Origin: a phage
Length of the DNA: 64,000 nt
Assembly (NCBI GenBank): GCA_022979955.1
Contig: GCA_022979955.1_3642.1
Reading direction: 5' to 3' (one strand)
Part shown: in pieces, positions 1 to 9,416 of the stretch
Layout: each line of letters begins with the position of its first letter
Position numbering within the stretch: the first letter of the stretch is position 1
Made by a program: the position numbers and the translations under genes
The notes under the pieces: model-generated
Told to the model about the DNA's origin: nothing
What the model saw: only the letters and a program-made list of their open reading frames with translations
Database searches by the model: none

Positions 1-120
1 CTACCTACCTTACGGAAAAAGAACTGCTGAACCAGGTAAAGATTCAATCATCAAAGTGTTCCCGTGTGCTTTCTGGCTGGAGATTTTGGTATAAGATTGC
101 AGAGGATTTGGGAGAGAATT

Positions 121-315
121 ATGAGAAACAAGAGAGAGCTTTACTCTGGCGAGTGGATCAACGATCAACAAGTCGGAGAGGTAACCTGCTTCCGGTGTTT
201 TACTCGGTACAATCTTAAAACTGCACCAAAAAGTGTTCCAAAGACTGATGGTTATTACATAAAAGAACCTCATTGCCCAAAATGTAAATGCCGATTGTAC
301 TGGAGCAATCTATAA
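121..315 (+). CDS. hypothetical small protein with two CxxC pairs (zinc-ribbon-like)
   Basis: ORF 64..315 trimmed to in-frame ATG at 121 preceded by GGGAGAG; CFRC...CPKC motif. Confidence 0.45.
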   Translation: MRNKRELYSGEWINDQQVGEVTCFRCFTRYNLKTAPKSVPKTDGYYIKEPHCPKCKCRLYWSNL

Positions 316-378
316 GAGGTTGACATCTGAAAACTGCAGTGTATAGTATACGCATAAACTAAAAGAGAGCGATGTATT

Positions 379-570
379 ATGGTAATTTTTAACCGGGATG
401 GTATCATAGTTAGACAGCACCCGTTCCTTGAATACTATCAAATTGAGCAATGGTGCTACGGAGATTGCAGTCACTCCTATGGGCAAAGTTGGGGATATCG
501 CACAGTTTTTGAATCAACAGACCTTGACAAAGTAAGACAGAAAGTTTTAGAACTTATTAACAACAAGTGA
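379..570 (+). CDS. hypothetical protein
   Basis: ORF track; same strand and spacing as neighbouring early genes; weak SD. Confidence 0.4.
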   Translation: MVIFNRDGIIVRQHPFLEYYQIEQWCYGDCSHSYGQSWGYRTVFESTDLDKVRQKVLELINNK

Positions 571-579
571 GTATGATAT

Positions 580-912
580 ATGGTAACATTAGAAAGACGT
601 AAAGCTATCGCCGCCACACTGGCAGACATCTTTTGGGATTGCAACTTAAAAGATACCAGAAATTGTGGCGCATCTGTAGATGTATTATTCCCACGGCCCA
701 CCATTGTTGCAATGGGAAACCTGTTAAACGTAGTGTACGGAGCATGGGACAAAGAAGGTGGATTCTATATCTGGCAACCTGACTACGGAGCCTGGAAAGA
801 GGTAAGGGGTGCGGTTGACTTTGGGCCTACAAGTGCTAAGATGGATGGCTGGGAAATTTATGTTGGAAACGACATGAAGCTGAAAGGCGAGATTGTTTAC
901 TGGTTGCCTTAA
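580..912 (+). CDS. hypothetical protein
   Basis: ORF track 110 aa; packed head-to-tail with neighbours. Confidence 0.45.
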   Translation: MVTLERRKAIAATLADIFWDCNLKDTRNCGASVDVLFPRPTIVAMGNLLNVVYGAWDKEGGFYIWQPDYGAWKEVRGAVDFGPTSAKMDGWEIYVGNDMKLKGEIVYWLP

Positions 913-932
913 GAACGTGCAGGAGATAAAAT

Positions 933-1178
933 ATGAGCAAAGGGTGGACATTTGTAGACGGCGTTAAAAACATGCCTCTTGGAAAGTATATCGTAGCCAT
1001 GGCTGATGAGGATGGCAATGTAGATTTCGGAGCTTGCGAGGTTGTTCTTGCAGGATCTGGTAACTATGTGGACAAAACCGGGATAATTAACGGTCAGTTC
1101 TACTTTGATCACAACCCTGTTGTAGCGTATATGGCTATGCCAGAGTTCAAGTTCCCAAAGGAGGGTGCAGATGTTTAA
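933..1178 (+). CDS. hypothetical protein
   Basis: ORF track; AGGAG SD 8 nt upstream of ATG. Confidence 0.5.
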   Translation: MSKGWTFVDGVKNMPLGKYIVAMADEDGNVDFGACEVVLAGSGNYVDKTGIINGQFYFDHNPVVAYMAMPEFKFPKEGADV

Positions 1179-1368
1179 GCTTAAATCTGCATGGAACATC
1201 GCTGTGGGGGACGAGATCCGTATCCCAGGTGGAAAGACCATTATGAAGATATCTCGTATTGAGTACGAAGGTGACCGTGTATTCCACATCTTCGCAGAAG
1301 ATGGTCGAGAAATTTATATACAGGCAGGTTCTCACATCTATATCCGTAAGAAAGGGGACGACAAATGA
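1171..1368 (+). CDS. hypothetical protein
   Basis: ORF 1165..1368 (GTG) trimmed to ATG at 1171 with AAGGAGGG SD. Confidence 0.5.
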   Translation: MFKLKSAWNIAVGDEIRIPGGKTIMKISRIEYEGDRVFHIFAEDGREIYIQAGSHIYIRKKGDDK

Positions 1369-1697
1369 CAGAGATCATCGTTTCAACTGCAGGGTATGTA
1401 TTCCTGACAATCATTGCGCTGGCTATTCTGGTGGCGGTGTATGGATTTGTTATCCTGCCTATTCTTGAGACATTTAGTTTGTGTCGGTGTTGGAGAAAAG
1501 CTTACGGACCACAACCGTGGAAAGACTGGTTCCATTTGGTGCGTATAGCGTTCTCTTATGCCTATGACCACTCTAGCAGTGCATGCGTAACCGGGTACCA
1601 TGCCTACAACTGGAACTGGGAAGGGCTGGGGAGATGGACTGTTACAAAAACTATACCCTTACGGTTGTACAAAGGAAAGAACACACTGGGAGCCTGA
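1365..1697 (+). CDS. hypothetical membrane protein
   Basis: ATG overlaps upstream stop (ATGA); hydrophobic N-terminal segment. Confidence 0.5.
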   Translation: MTEIIVSTAGYVFLTIIALAILVAVYGFVILPILETFSLCRCWRKAYGPQPWKDWFHLVRIAFSYAYDHSSSACVTGYHAYNWNWEGLGRWTVTKTIPLRLYKGKNTLGA

Positions 1698-1699
1698 TA

Positions 1700-2300
1700 T
1701 TTTAAGTTATCAGGTTGCCAGAGATCAGGAGGATTTCTAAAATGGATTTCCTCCTTTTGATATTTCACCGGGCCGGATATTTTAAAATTCTTAGAAAATC
1801 AGAAAATGGATCGAAAACTAAAATGGATTTTTCAGAGTAGGCGCGACAAGCTGAATAACTCATCCTATCGTTTGCACCATATTCCAGGCCACCATTATAG
1901 ATTTCCCACACATGCTAACCTCTCTCTACTAGAACTTCCTCCACTTACCCTTGACCTTCTATGGTAACAATCTAACCGCTATCTTGAAGTTGCGGTGCAG
2001 CTTTCCAGGTACTCGATCTACTTTTCATTTCAGGGCTTGGATTTTCTGAAAATTTTTCTCGATAAATTTCTCAGTACTCGATCTGTTTTTCGTTTTCTGA
2101 ATCGGATTTTCTGGAAATCGTTCCGGCTCTCAACCTGAAATTTTGGGGACGAAATCGATTTTTCGTTTTCAGAAATGGATTTTTAAAATTTCTATATGGG
2201 AATATTTTAGTGGATACTATTTTATAGTAAATTGTTACGGAGGGTAATTAGCGTGCTAATTAAATTTATTAAATGCGAGGAGTTCTCATTTAGAATTTTG
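1700..2300. repeat. repeat-rich non-coding region (GGATTTTCTG / CAGAAAATGGAT / GTACTCGATCT / TTTCGTTTTC direct and inverted short repeats)
   Basis: no credible ORF; multiple 9-12 bp motifs recur, e.g. 2009 and 2074, 2038 and 2104, 1801/1819/2171. Confidence 0.5.
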
Positions 2301-2331
2301 AATGATAATCATTCTCGTTTGCAGAATAATG

Positions 2332-2354
2332 GGCAGGCCCGGTGATTGTCTCCC
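2332..2354 (+). repeat. 23-bp element GGCAGGCCCGGTGATTGTCTCCC, copy A (inverted partner at 11757..11779)
   Basis: exact reverse-complement match read between the two sites; degenerate third copy near 2476. Confidence 0.55.
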
Positions 2355-2710
2355 GGCCCCTGCTGCCCCGGCTTGTTATTATAGTATCACACAGGACAAA
2401 GAAAGCAAGGATTTTTTGCATAAACTTTTAAATGATAATGATAACCGTTCTCATTTTATGCAGCGCCCATCCCCGGTGGTTGTCTCCCCCGTCACCGGTG
2501 CCTGCCGTCCTTTCGATAGGTATATTGTGCCACCTGGCGGGGCCGCTGTCAACACTTTTCAAAAAATTTTTCTAACCTGATGCGCTAACCGCTGCAACCT
2601 GGCGGGGCCAGCCTGGCAGGACCTAACTGACCAGGTAGGAGAGAATGAAGGCTTGTAAACCTGGTGGGCCTATGCTATAGGAGAGGTAACAATTGAAGAG
2701 GAGGTACAAA

Positions 2711-2836
2711 AATGGAAGGTAATATGATCCCCCTGGAAAATGTAGCTATTAATGACGCTGAGGCTATCGCCCTGGTTGAAAAGGCTATGGCGGGAGCGTT
2801 GGAATATAAAGAAGAGTACGAAAAAATGATGGTTAA
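2711..2836 (+). CDS. small ORF (41 aa), hypothetical
   Basis: strong GAGGAGG SD 7 nt upstream of ATG; below ORF-track size cut-off. Confidence 0.25.
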
Positions 2837-2973
2837 CCTGGCAGGGGCGGCGGCTGGAGAATTCCGCCCAAAAAATAATTTTAACTAATGGTTGACAGCT
2901 CGGACAGTTCTTGTTATTCTTATCCTCACAAGGTGAACAACACCACACTAATTAACAGAGAGGATAAAAAATC

Positions 2974-3171
2974 ATGAACGCCTACGGAATCAAAGTACGT
3001 CGCAGCACTCGCCAGGTGGTCACCGATCAAATGGTTTGCCAGGTGGATGTAACCATCAACAACGGGCAAGGCCTTTATAAATTTCGTCGCGGTCATAGCT
3101 ATACCCTGCAACAGCTTAATCGTTGCGCCCTGACAAAAGGCCAGATCAACCACTGGTTTAATAAAAAATAA
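2974..3171 (+). CDS. hypothetical basic protein
   Basis: ORF track; GAGAGGATAAAAAATC-ATG leader. Confidence 0.5.
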   Translation: MNAYGIKVRRSTRQVVTDQMVCQVDVTINNGQGLYKFRRGHSYTLQQLNRCALTKGQINHWFNKK

Positions 3172-3173
3172 AT

Positions 3174-3203
3174 ATTGACATATAGTCTGACACAAAATAT
3201 ACT
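3174..3203 (+). promoter_or_regulatory. sigma70-like promoter TTGACA-N18-TATACT
   Basis: near-consensus hexamers upstream of gene 3236. Confidence 0.5.
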
Positions 3204-3235
3204 GAAATCACAAAAGACACTAAGAGGATAAAATC

Positions 3236-3634
3236 ATGAAAACCACAACCTTTAATTTTGATAATGCCGACTTCTCTTTTTCTGATGTCAAGAACTGCCG
3301 CCGTGATCGTGGATTTTACAAGGCTTATAATCTGGTTGGCCTGGACGATGATAATAATTTGCACGAAGTAGCGGAGATCCGGTACTATGCCGCCGCCAGC
3401 GGTAACACTAACTATTGCGTTTTTTGGATACACGACAACAAGAACAATAAGTACGGTTATACTGGCGGCAAGGCGAGCGGTCACGGTTATGATAAAGCTA
3501 ACGCAGCACTTGAGAGCGCATTAAATGCTATGGGGATCACTGCCAACGGCTGGGTCTATGAAGAAGAGTTTTTGTCGGCACTTGCTGACCATCTAGGCTA
3601 TAAAAAGCACATTGTAACATGCGCCCACGAATAA
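3236..3634 (+). CDS. hypothetical protein
   Basis: ORF track; AAGAGGATAAAATC-ATG. Confidence 0.55.
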   Translation: MKTTTFNFDNADFSFSDVKNCRRDRGFYKAYNLVGLDDDNNLHEVAEIRYYAAASGNTNYCVFWIHDNKNNKYGYTGGKASGHGYDKANAALESALNAMGITANGWVYEEEFLSALADHLGYKKHIVTCAHE

Positions 3635-3716
3635 AAATCATTGACACGCTGCAAAATTTAAGTAAACTAGGCACAAAAGGTGGGAATGTTTCCCGCCAAC
3701 ACGAAGGAAAAAGATC

Positions 3717-4121
3717 ATGAATAAGAACATACGCCGCATCATGAACGAACTGGCAAACGATGAAAAAATTATTGACATGCATTTAGTCAACATTTGCCGC
3801 CGTTGTGTAACATATAACAACCGCGCCGCAAAAGCGCGTGAGATGAACGCAAAAGGCACCTTAAAGCCATTCCAGGTGGTGGTAAAGGCCATTAAAGATG
3901 TAACTAATACGGCAAACCAGGTACAGGGGAACACCAACGAGAGTACCAATATTGATCCGGCTTACATCATGAAACGGATCCGGACCTGCAAGAACAAAGA
4001 GCAAGTGTATAATGTCATAGACTGGTTGGATTCTATGGGCGATGTGGTTTACAATAGGTTTTCTGCAGCTATCGAGATCCAGCTTGACAGGTTGGACGGT
4101 AAAGTACTGAAAACTTACTAA
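3717..4121 (+). CDS. hypothetical protein
   Basis: ORF track; promoter TTGACA at 3646 and leader hairpin upstream. Confidence 0.55.
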   Translation: MNKNIRRIMNELANDEKIIDMHLVNICRRCVTYNNRAAKAREMNAKGTLKPFQVVVKAIKDVTNTANQVQGNTNESTNIDPAYIMKRIRTCKNKEQVYNVIDWLDSMGDVVYNRFSAAIEIQLDRLDGKVLKTY

Positions 4122-4122
4122 G

Positions 4123-4168
4123 TTTATTTTTAGATGGCCTTGACTCCAGGGTCATCAATAAAGTAAAC
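4123..4168 (+). promoter_or_regulatory. conserved about 45-bp palindromic cassette (TTTATTTTTAGATGGCC-TTGACTCCAG-GGxCATCAATAAAGTAAAC), copy 1
   Basis: near-identical copies at 4744 and 8456; inverted repeat GATGGCC/GGCCATC encloses a -35-like TTGACT; A/T tract upstream. Confidence 0.45.
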
Positions 4169-4202
4169 TAATCTCAACTAAGCGAAAAAGGGGGGCTTTA
4201 AG

Positions 4203-4322
4203 ATGAGCACTACACGCCAATACACAAAGGTAACTATTATCGTTTGCGTTGTCGGTTACATCCTGGCGCAAATGTTAATGAGTAGCGCTAACAGTTTTGC
4301 AAAATTTTTCTTAAATTTTTAA
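4203..4322 (+). CDS. small hydrophobic peptide ORF (39 aa)
   Basis: AAGGGGGG SD; single predicted TM-like stretch; below track cut-off. Confidence 0.25.
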   Translation: MSTTRQYTKVTIIVCVVGYILAQMLMSSANSFAKFFLNF

Positions 4323-4401
4323 TTGACAAACTAACTTAGATCGATATACTTAAACACGTAAACGGGAAAACTTCCCAGAGCACACAAAAGGAGAAAACAC
4401 C

Positions 4402-4743
4402 ATGACTACTATGACCGCCGCAGAAAAAGCTATGCAGATCGCCGCGCTGAAAAAACAGATCGCAGACCTTGAGAATAAGATCGATAACTTTGAAATCGAC
4501 GAGGACAAGTACGACGAAAACTATGATGAATGGTTAGACGAGATCTACGGCGAAATCATGATCGGAAACATTTCTTTTCTTCCGTCGCGTATCCTCAAGG
4601 AGCTAGATCCTATCGCTTACCGCTGCGGATTTAGCGACTACATCGACAGCCTGGATATTGAGGACGATGAAGAATACCAGGAATTACAGACAGAGCTCGA
4701 AGAAGTGAAAGAAGAGCTTGCAGAACTGGAAGAAAACGAGTAA
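4402..4743 (+). CDS. hypothetical highly acidic protein
   Basis: ORF track; AAAAGGAGAAAACACC-ATG; D/E-rich with coiled-coil-like ends. Confidence 0.55.
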   Translation: MTTMTAAEKAMQIAALKKQIADLENKIDNFEIDEDKYDENYDEWLDEIYGEIMIGNISFLPSRILKELDPIAYRCGFSDYIDSLDIEDDEEYQELQTELEEVKEELAELEENE

Positions 4744-4790
4744 ATTTATTTTTAGATGGCCTTGACTTCAGGGCCATCAATAAAGTAAAC
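4744..4790 (+). promoter_or_regulatory. conserved palindromic cassette, copy 2
   Basis: matches 4123..4168 apart from 2 substitutions. Confidence 0.45.
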
Positions 4791-4832
4791 TTTAGACTGT
4801 TAACACTTAACCAATACAGAGGAGTTAAAACC

Positions 4833-5078
4833 ATGGCCGCACTAATTACCAAATATTATGCCCCTACCAACACCAAAAGCGCCCGTATCATGGTAAAAGG
4901 CTTCGGACGTAAAAAGGTTTACACCTGGGATTATGCCTTAGACACGGAAGACAACTACACCAACGCGATGACCGATTTTATTAATGATCTGAACACGCGG
5001 ATCTTAACAAATTATAAAATTACCGACATTGCTTATATAGGTGAAGGCGGGATCTGTTTTGTAGGCATTGTGAAATAG
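4833..5078 (+). CDS. hypothetical protein
   Basis: ORF track; CAGAGGAG SD. Confidence 0.5.
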   Translation: MAALITKYYAPTNTKSARIMVKGFGRKKVYTWDYALDTEDNYTNAMTDFINDLNTRILTNYKITDIAYIGEGGICFVGIVK

Positions 5079-5152
5079 TTATTTTTTCGGTGGTCCTGGC
5101 TGCAGGGCCATCTATAAAGATAATTTATTAACACAATGAAAGGAGAAAGTAC

Positions 5153-5506
5153 ATGATCAGCGGGGCAAGTTTTATTATTGGCGCTATTGCTACGGCTTTA
5201 ATTGTAAACAAGATCCAATCTAAAAACGAAAAAGAGAGCAACGCGCTCACAGAATACCCATTTTGGGTATTCAACGACAATGAAGACTACATTATCAAGT
5301 ACAAGAATGAGAAGGGCGACCAGGTAACACCGCGACCGATCCCAGCTTACAAGATGCAAGAAACACTATACCGCCTAAAGGCTGGAGGCGCAAAAATCGT
5401 AGACTTTTGGGGATATGATTGCAAGGATCAGGAGGTTATAAAACGGCGTATCCGGGCGATTCAGGCAAATATTGAAGTTAGCAAGGGGGGAATATATGAA
5501 GATTAA
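5153..5506 (+). CDS. hypothetical protein with N-terminal TM segment
   Basis: ORF track; AAAGGAGAAAG SD; preceded by variant of the palindromic cassette at about 5085..5135. Confidence 0.5.
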   Translation: MISGASFIIGAIATALIVNKIQSKNEKESNALTEYPFWVFNDNEDYIIKYKNEKGDQVTPRPIPAYKMQETLYRLKAGGAKIVDFWGYDCKDQEVIKRRIRAIQANIEVSKGGIYED

Positions 5507-5693
5507 TTTTGAGAAGATTGTAAAGCGATCTCATGATTCCGAAGAGTTGCCGGAACGCCGCCAGCGCAACAATAAATTGAATAAGCCAAAAAGATTTGGG
5601 AAGATCTGGCGGAATCATTATGATCGTAAATTGCCGGGCCTACTTTTGGAACGTGAACGACAGGCGGAACGATACCGCCACAAAGGCAAATAA
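5496..5693 (+). CDS. hypothetical basic protein
   Basis: ORF 5472..5693 trimmed to ATG with AAGGGGGG SD; K/R-rich. Confidence 0.4.
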   Translation: MKINFEKIVKRSHDSEELPERRQRNNKLNKPKRFGKIWRNHYDRKLPGLLLERERQAERYRHKGK

Positions 5694-5699
5694 CAACCA

Positions 5700-5728
5700 A
5701 CGCCCCGCCATTGTGCGGGGCTTTTTAT
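5700..5728 (+). terminator. rho-independent terminator
   Basis: CGCCCCGCC-loop-GCGGGGC hairpin followed by TTTTTATTT. Confidence 0.55.
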
Positions 5729-5851
5729 TTCTATCATACGAATAGCGCCCCTGGTTGGCCCTGTAAGCGCCAAAAAGGCCCCCACCTATGCAATCGCCCC
5801 CTTTAACCTGAAAACATCGCCCAGGGCCGTTTTATGGCGTTAAAAATATCA

Positions 5852-5879
5852 TTGACATCGTCAACAGGTTAGCTATACT
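5852..5879 (+). promoter_or_regulatory. sigma70-like promoter TTGACA-N16-TATACT
   Basis: hexamers read directly; upstream A/T tract. Confidence 0.5.
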
Positions 5880-5911
5880 AACCACATCAAAGAGAGGAAG
5901 GAGTAAACGCC

Positions 5912-6172
5912 ATGCGTAAATTAAAAAATTTTGATAAAGTTGATGTTATCCTGAATAATTTTTACTACTGCAACAACAAGGCTATTTGGTGGCGTGATAG
6001 TTCCACCGATAAAGTCAAGGCGCGCTTTCTCCAAGGGCACTGGCAAGGCCGCCCAGTGATTAAAATCATGGGGCAATTGGTAGCGTTTAAAAATTGCCGC
6101 CGTGTTGATGACGTTGAGGAGATTTTAAACATTTTGCGCCACAATAATTTAAAAAATAGTGTTGACAAGTAA
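5912..6172 (+). CDS. hypothetical protein
   Basis: ORF track; GAGGAAGGAG SD. Confidence 0.5.
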   Translation: MRKLKNFDKVDVILNNFYYCNNKAIWWRDSSTDKVKARFLQGHWQGRPVIKIMGQLVAFKNCRRVDDVEEILNILRHNNLKNSVDK

Positions 6173-6189
6173 ATCTCAATAAGTATACT
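6162..6189 (+). promoter_or_regulatory. sigma70-like promoter TTGACA-N16-TATACT
   Basis: followed by leader hairpin GGCGGGAAAACTTCCCGCC then SD. Confidence 0.5.
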
Positions 6190-6246
6190 TAAACACACAG
6201 GCGGGAAAACTTCCCGCCACTAACAAAGAAAATAGGAGAAAATATC

Positions 6247-6870
6247 ATGACCACCGTTAACATTACCGCAGGTTACAATTTATCTTTCGACGTGCTGACC
6301 GACGAACAAAAAGAAAAAGCTATTGAAATGGTCCGCGAAAGAGAAGAACACAGTGGGGATAACTTTTTTGCAGAAAGTGTAATTGAATACTATAAAGAAT
6401 ATGTTTTTCCAGAGTACGGGCTTGAAGATACAAAAGTACATTGGTCAGGCTTTTGGTGCCAGGGTGACGGCGCGTCAATCAGTGCGGAAAACGTGGATTT
6501 AGAAAAATTCTTGCGTAAAGTCAAGTCTCTGACTAAATTCCGCTCAATTCGTCGCTTGTTCGGCACAATGCACGATGGCGAACTATCCGCAAGTGTTGAG
6601 CGTGATCCATATAGCCGCTATAGTCACGAAAACACTGTAAGCGGGTACATCGATACTACATGGCTAGACCTGACCGCCAAACAAGAAAATAAAGTGGAAG
6701 ATCTGGAAGAGCTGATCACCGAGACGGTACGGGAGCTATCCCGCAAGGTTTACGTAGACCTGGAGGAGGCCTATCTAGAACAGTTCACTACCGAAAACCT
6801 GATCGGCCTTATTGAGGCCAATGATTGGCGGTTTGATGTAGATGAATATGGAGAGATGAGTTTTTCATAA
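6247..6870 (+). CDS. hypothetical acidic protein (207 aa)
   Basis: ORF track; AATAGGAGAAAATATC-ATG. Confidence 0.6.
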   Translation: MTTVNITAGYNLSFDVLTDEQKEKAIEMVREREEHSGDNFFAESVIEYYKEYVFPEYGLEDTKVHWSGFWCQGDGASISAENVDLEKFLRKVKSLTKFRSIRRLFGTMHDGELSASVERDPYSRYSHENTVSGYIDTTWLDLTAKQENKVEDLEELITETVRELSRKVYVDLEEAYLEQFTTENLIGLIEANDWRFDVDEYGEMSFS

Positions 6871-6959
6871 ATAAAGTGTTGCAATAATCTAAAAACCTGC
6901 TATATTAAAACTCAAGGGGCAAGACGTTTGCCCCCACACAAAACAAAGAGGAAAACATC

Positions 6960-7340
6960 ATGAAAAACACTACTAAAGCTATTGACACCGTCATGTTTAA
7001 CCTAGTTACCTTTCGCGAGGATATGAAAGATCTTCCACGTGAAACAGTGTGCGATCACATTGAAAACTATCGCAAACTAATCAAAGAGTTGCCTTTAAAA
7101 CGTGATCAGTATGCGGCTAACGCCATGCTTAATGCCATGATCAAAAAGATGATCCAGTGTGATTTAACTCTGGCCTATGACTATGCGGGTGGTCGTTTTG
7201 CAGTATACAATCAGCCCGTGCCCGGTATGGGCACCACCGAAGAATTGCACGCGTTAAATCTGAAGCAAGATGTATGGGATAACATGCCCCGCGTGGTGGT
7301 GTGGGCAGAAAGCGGAAAGATTTACGGCGATAATTTTTAA
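6960..7340 (+). CDS. hypothetical protein
   Basis: ORF track; AAAGAGGAAAACATC-ATG. Confidence 0.55.
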   Translation: MKNTTKAIDTVMFNLVTFREDMKDLPRETVCDHIENYRKLIKELPLKRDQYAANAMLNAMIKKMIQCDLTLAYDYAGGRFAVYNQPVPGMGTTEELHALNLKQDVWDNMPRVVVWAESGKIYGDNF

Positions 7341-7404
7341 TCAGGTAACAGGCGGCATATTTGCCGCCTTATTGTTAAACAGAACTGCAAAAGAGGTACA
7401 TAGA

Positions 7405-7776
7405 ATGGAATTTATTATTTTGGCTGTAGTAGTTGCCTTGTTCAACGCCTGGATCGCTGGCAAGATAGGTAGATCCGCTTTTCTATGGTTTGTTATATCT
7501 ATTTTCCTGGGAGTGGTTGCAACTATTGTATTGGTTATCCTTGCAATTGTTGACAAGGGCGATAATAGAAAGGGTAAAGTGTTTTCCGACCTGTATGACG
7601 CACAAACGTTTGTCAACGCCTATTATAGTGATCTTCCAGTCTCCCTACGCTGCAGCCTGGCACAACAGGTTTTTGATGAGGCTAAAACCAGAGACCAAGC
7701 CCATGAGATATGTTTAACTGAGGCGGATCGCCTATTTGAGAGGAATAGAAAATATGTGGACCAGCCGTTTAAATAA
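7405..7776 (+). CDS. hypothetical membrane protein (2 predicted TM)
   Basis: ORF 7270..7776 trimmed to ATG at 7405 with AAGAGG SD. Confidence 0.5.
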   Translation: MEFIILAVVVALFNAWIAGKIGRSAFLWFVISIFLGVVATIVLVILAIVDKGDNRKGKVFSDLYDAQTFVNAYYSDLPVSLRCSLAQQVFDEAKTRDQAHEICLTEADRLFERNRKYVDQPFK

Positions 7777-7999
7777 CGCCACGTTAATTAATCCCTTTAG
7801 TGAAGATTTGAAGCCAGCCGCCTGGCGTGACGGATTCAATAACGAACGCTTTATTTTCAGGCCTGATCTTGAGGAATTTTATAACAATGGATCGAACAAC
7901 AGCGGAGATAATTTTTCTTGTGATGTGCGTGGTGATGGTACTCCTGGGGGCCATTGTAAACCACGTCACTACTACCAGGAGGAAAGGGGGAGACGATGA
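7754..7999 (+). CDS. hypothetical protein (uncertain; alternative overlapping micro-ORFs at about 7887 and 7996 encode TM peptides)
   Basis: ORF track trimmed to ATG with GAGAGG SD; low-complexity C-terminus. Confidence 0.25.
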   Translation: MWTSRLNNATLINPFSEDLKPAAWRDGFNNERFIFRPDLEEFYNNGSNNSGDNFSCDVRGDGTPGGHCKPRHYYQEERGRR

Positions 8000-8107
8000 C
8001 AACCAAGGATAAGCCCCGCACCGATAAGGTGCGCCAGGTTATGGTATGGCTTGAGATCATCGCCCTTGAAATATTGTTAGGGGTAGGAATGTACTTTATT
8101 GCTATAA

Positions 8108-8137
8108 GTAACTGATAACGCCCCCGATCATGGGGGC
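8108..8137 (+). terminator. rho-independent terminator
   Basis: GCCCCCGATCATGGGGGC hairpin followed by T-rich run. Confidence 0.5.
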
Positions 8138-8254
8138 TTAACTTTTTCAAAAAATTTTTCTTCCAGGGTGTTGCAATCTGGTCCGCAATATGGATAATAA
8201 CAATCAACGGGGAAACATCCCCACCAACACAAAAACCAGAAAGGAGAAACAAAA

Positions 8255-8455
8255 ATGAGCAACAATATCCGCGTTATTAACTTCAAAAAAGAAGAAAAAA
8301 TTGCCGTGCTGATTGACGGTCAAGAAATATTCAAGGGGTATTATGAAGATCATCAAACGGCGATTAGTATCACTCGCGTGATTGGTTACCATAATTTTTA
8401 CCCTCAAGGCGCTGAGGCAGCAGTAAAACGAATTAAAGAGATTGTAGGCCTGTAA
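8255..8455 (+). CDS. hypothetical protein
   Basis: ORF track; AAAGGAGAAACAAAA-ATG; promoter TTGCAA..GATAAT upstream. Confidence 0.5.
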   Translation: MSNNIRVINFKKEEKIAVLIDGQEIFKGYYEDHQTAISITRVIGYHNFYPQGAEAAVKRIKEIVGL

Positions 8456-8503
8456 AATTTATTTTTAGATGGCCTTGACTCCAGGGCCATCAATAAAGTA
8501 AAT
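8456..8503 (+). promoter_or_regulatory. conserved palindromic cassette, copy 3
   Basis: identical core to copy 2. Confidence 0.45.
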
Positions 8504-8546
8504 TTAAACCCTGTTAAAATAATCAGTGCAAAAAGGAGTAATGATC

Positions 8547-8846
8547 ATGTTTATCCAGGCTAATAATCTTTATTTCTTTGATGGTCAGATCGTAGACGGC
8601 GTGGAGGTGGAAATCACCGGGTGCCCTGGCGGTCAGGTTATGACTTTTCGGAATAATGCCTTTGATGATTCTCATATCGTTATGAGAATGGAAGTTAGTA
8701 AGCTGGATGACAAGAAAACACTTATCGACTATTCCGTCAAAGATCATCCAGACTACCACATGATCTATGGTGATTTGTGCATTGTTGACCGTGACAAGGT
8801 GAACGGCATTGTTATAGCCATTGTGAACGATGTTTTCTCTGAATAA
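8547..8846 (+). CDS. hypothetical protein
   Basis: ORF 8526..8846 (GTG) trimmed to ATG at 8547 with AAAGGAG SD. Confidence 0.5.
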   Translation: MFIQANNLYFFDGQIVDGVEVEITGCPGGQVMTFRNNAFDDSHIVMRMEVSKLDDKKTLIDYSVKDHPDYHMIYGDLCIVDRDKVNGIVIAIVNDVFSE

Positions 8847-9069
8847 TTCCGGCAAATGATGCAAAATAAGGCCCCTAGCAGGGCCTGCAGCGATATAATC
8901 ACATAAAGGCTATGCGGTTGCATGTCCTTTATTATTTTAGCGTTACAGCGGCCCCAAGGCGCTTAAAAAAATTTTTAAAGAAGTACTTGCATCAAGCCCT
9001 ACAATATGGATAATAGGACGTGTCAGGGGGAGGCCCCAATCATTAACCGGATAGATAGGAGTTAAAACC

Positions 9070-9354
9070 ATGGCTATTGTTACCGCTGGCGATGTAGTAG
9101 AAATGGAAGCAAAATACTTAAAAGCGGGTATGCATATCCTACGCAACGATCTTGAACTGGTCCTGACAATGGTTGACTATAACCCAGGGCAAGATTATCC
9201 AAGTGTTGACTACTTTTTTGAGTATGTTGATGAAGAGTTGAAAGAGGATGAGGCCTATTGCGGTGAGTTCTGCAACTTCTTTTGTCCTGATGAGGTTGTA
9301 AAGGTTATCTATCAACCTGGCGTAGCTTTCCCGCTGCACGCTATCAATAAATAA
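9070..9354 (+). CDS. hypothetical acidic protein
   Basis: ORF track; ATAGGAG SD. Confidence 0.5.
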   Translation: MAIVTAGDVVEMEAKYLKAGMHILRNDLELVLTMVDYNPGQDYPSVDYFFEYVDEELKEDEAYCGEFCNFFCPDEVVKVIYQPGVAFPLHAINK

Positions 9355-9358
9355 ACCT

Positions 9359-9382
9359 GGCGGGGCCGAAAAGGCCCCCGCC
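9359..9382 (+). terminator. terminator-like GC hairpin (GGCGGGGCC-GAAAA-GGCCCCCGCC)
   Basis: perfect stem read directly; weak U tract. Confidence 0.4.
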
Positions 9383-9416
9383 TGAAATTATGAAAAATAA
9401 AAAGAGGCAAACTATC

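Noticed and set aside
2302-2580. 92-aa ORF in the ORF track
   Set aside because: Lies in a repeat-rich non-coding tract, has no SD, is Pro/Ala-rich low complexity, and its sequence is largely the 23-bp repeat element read in frame.
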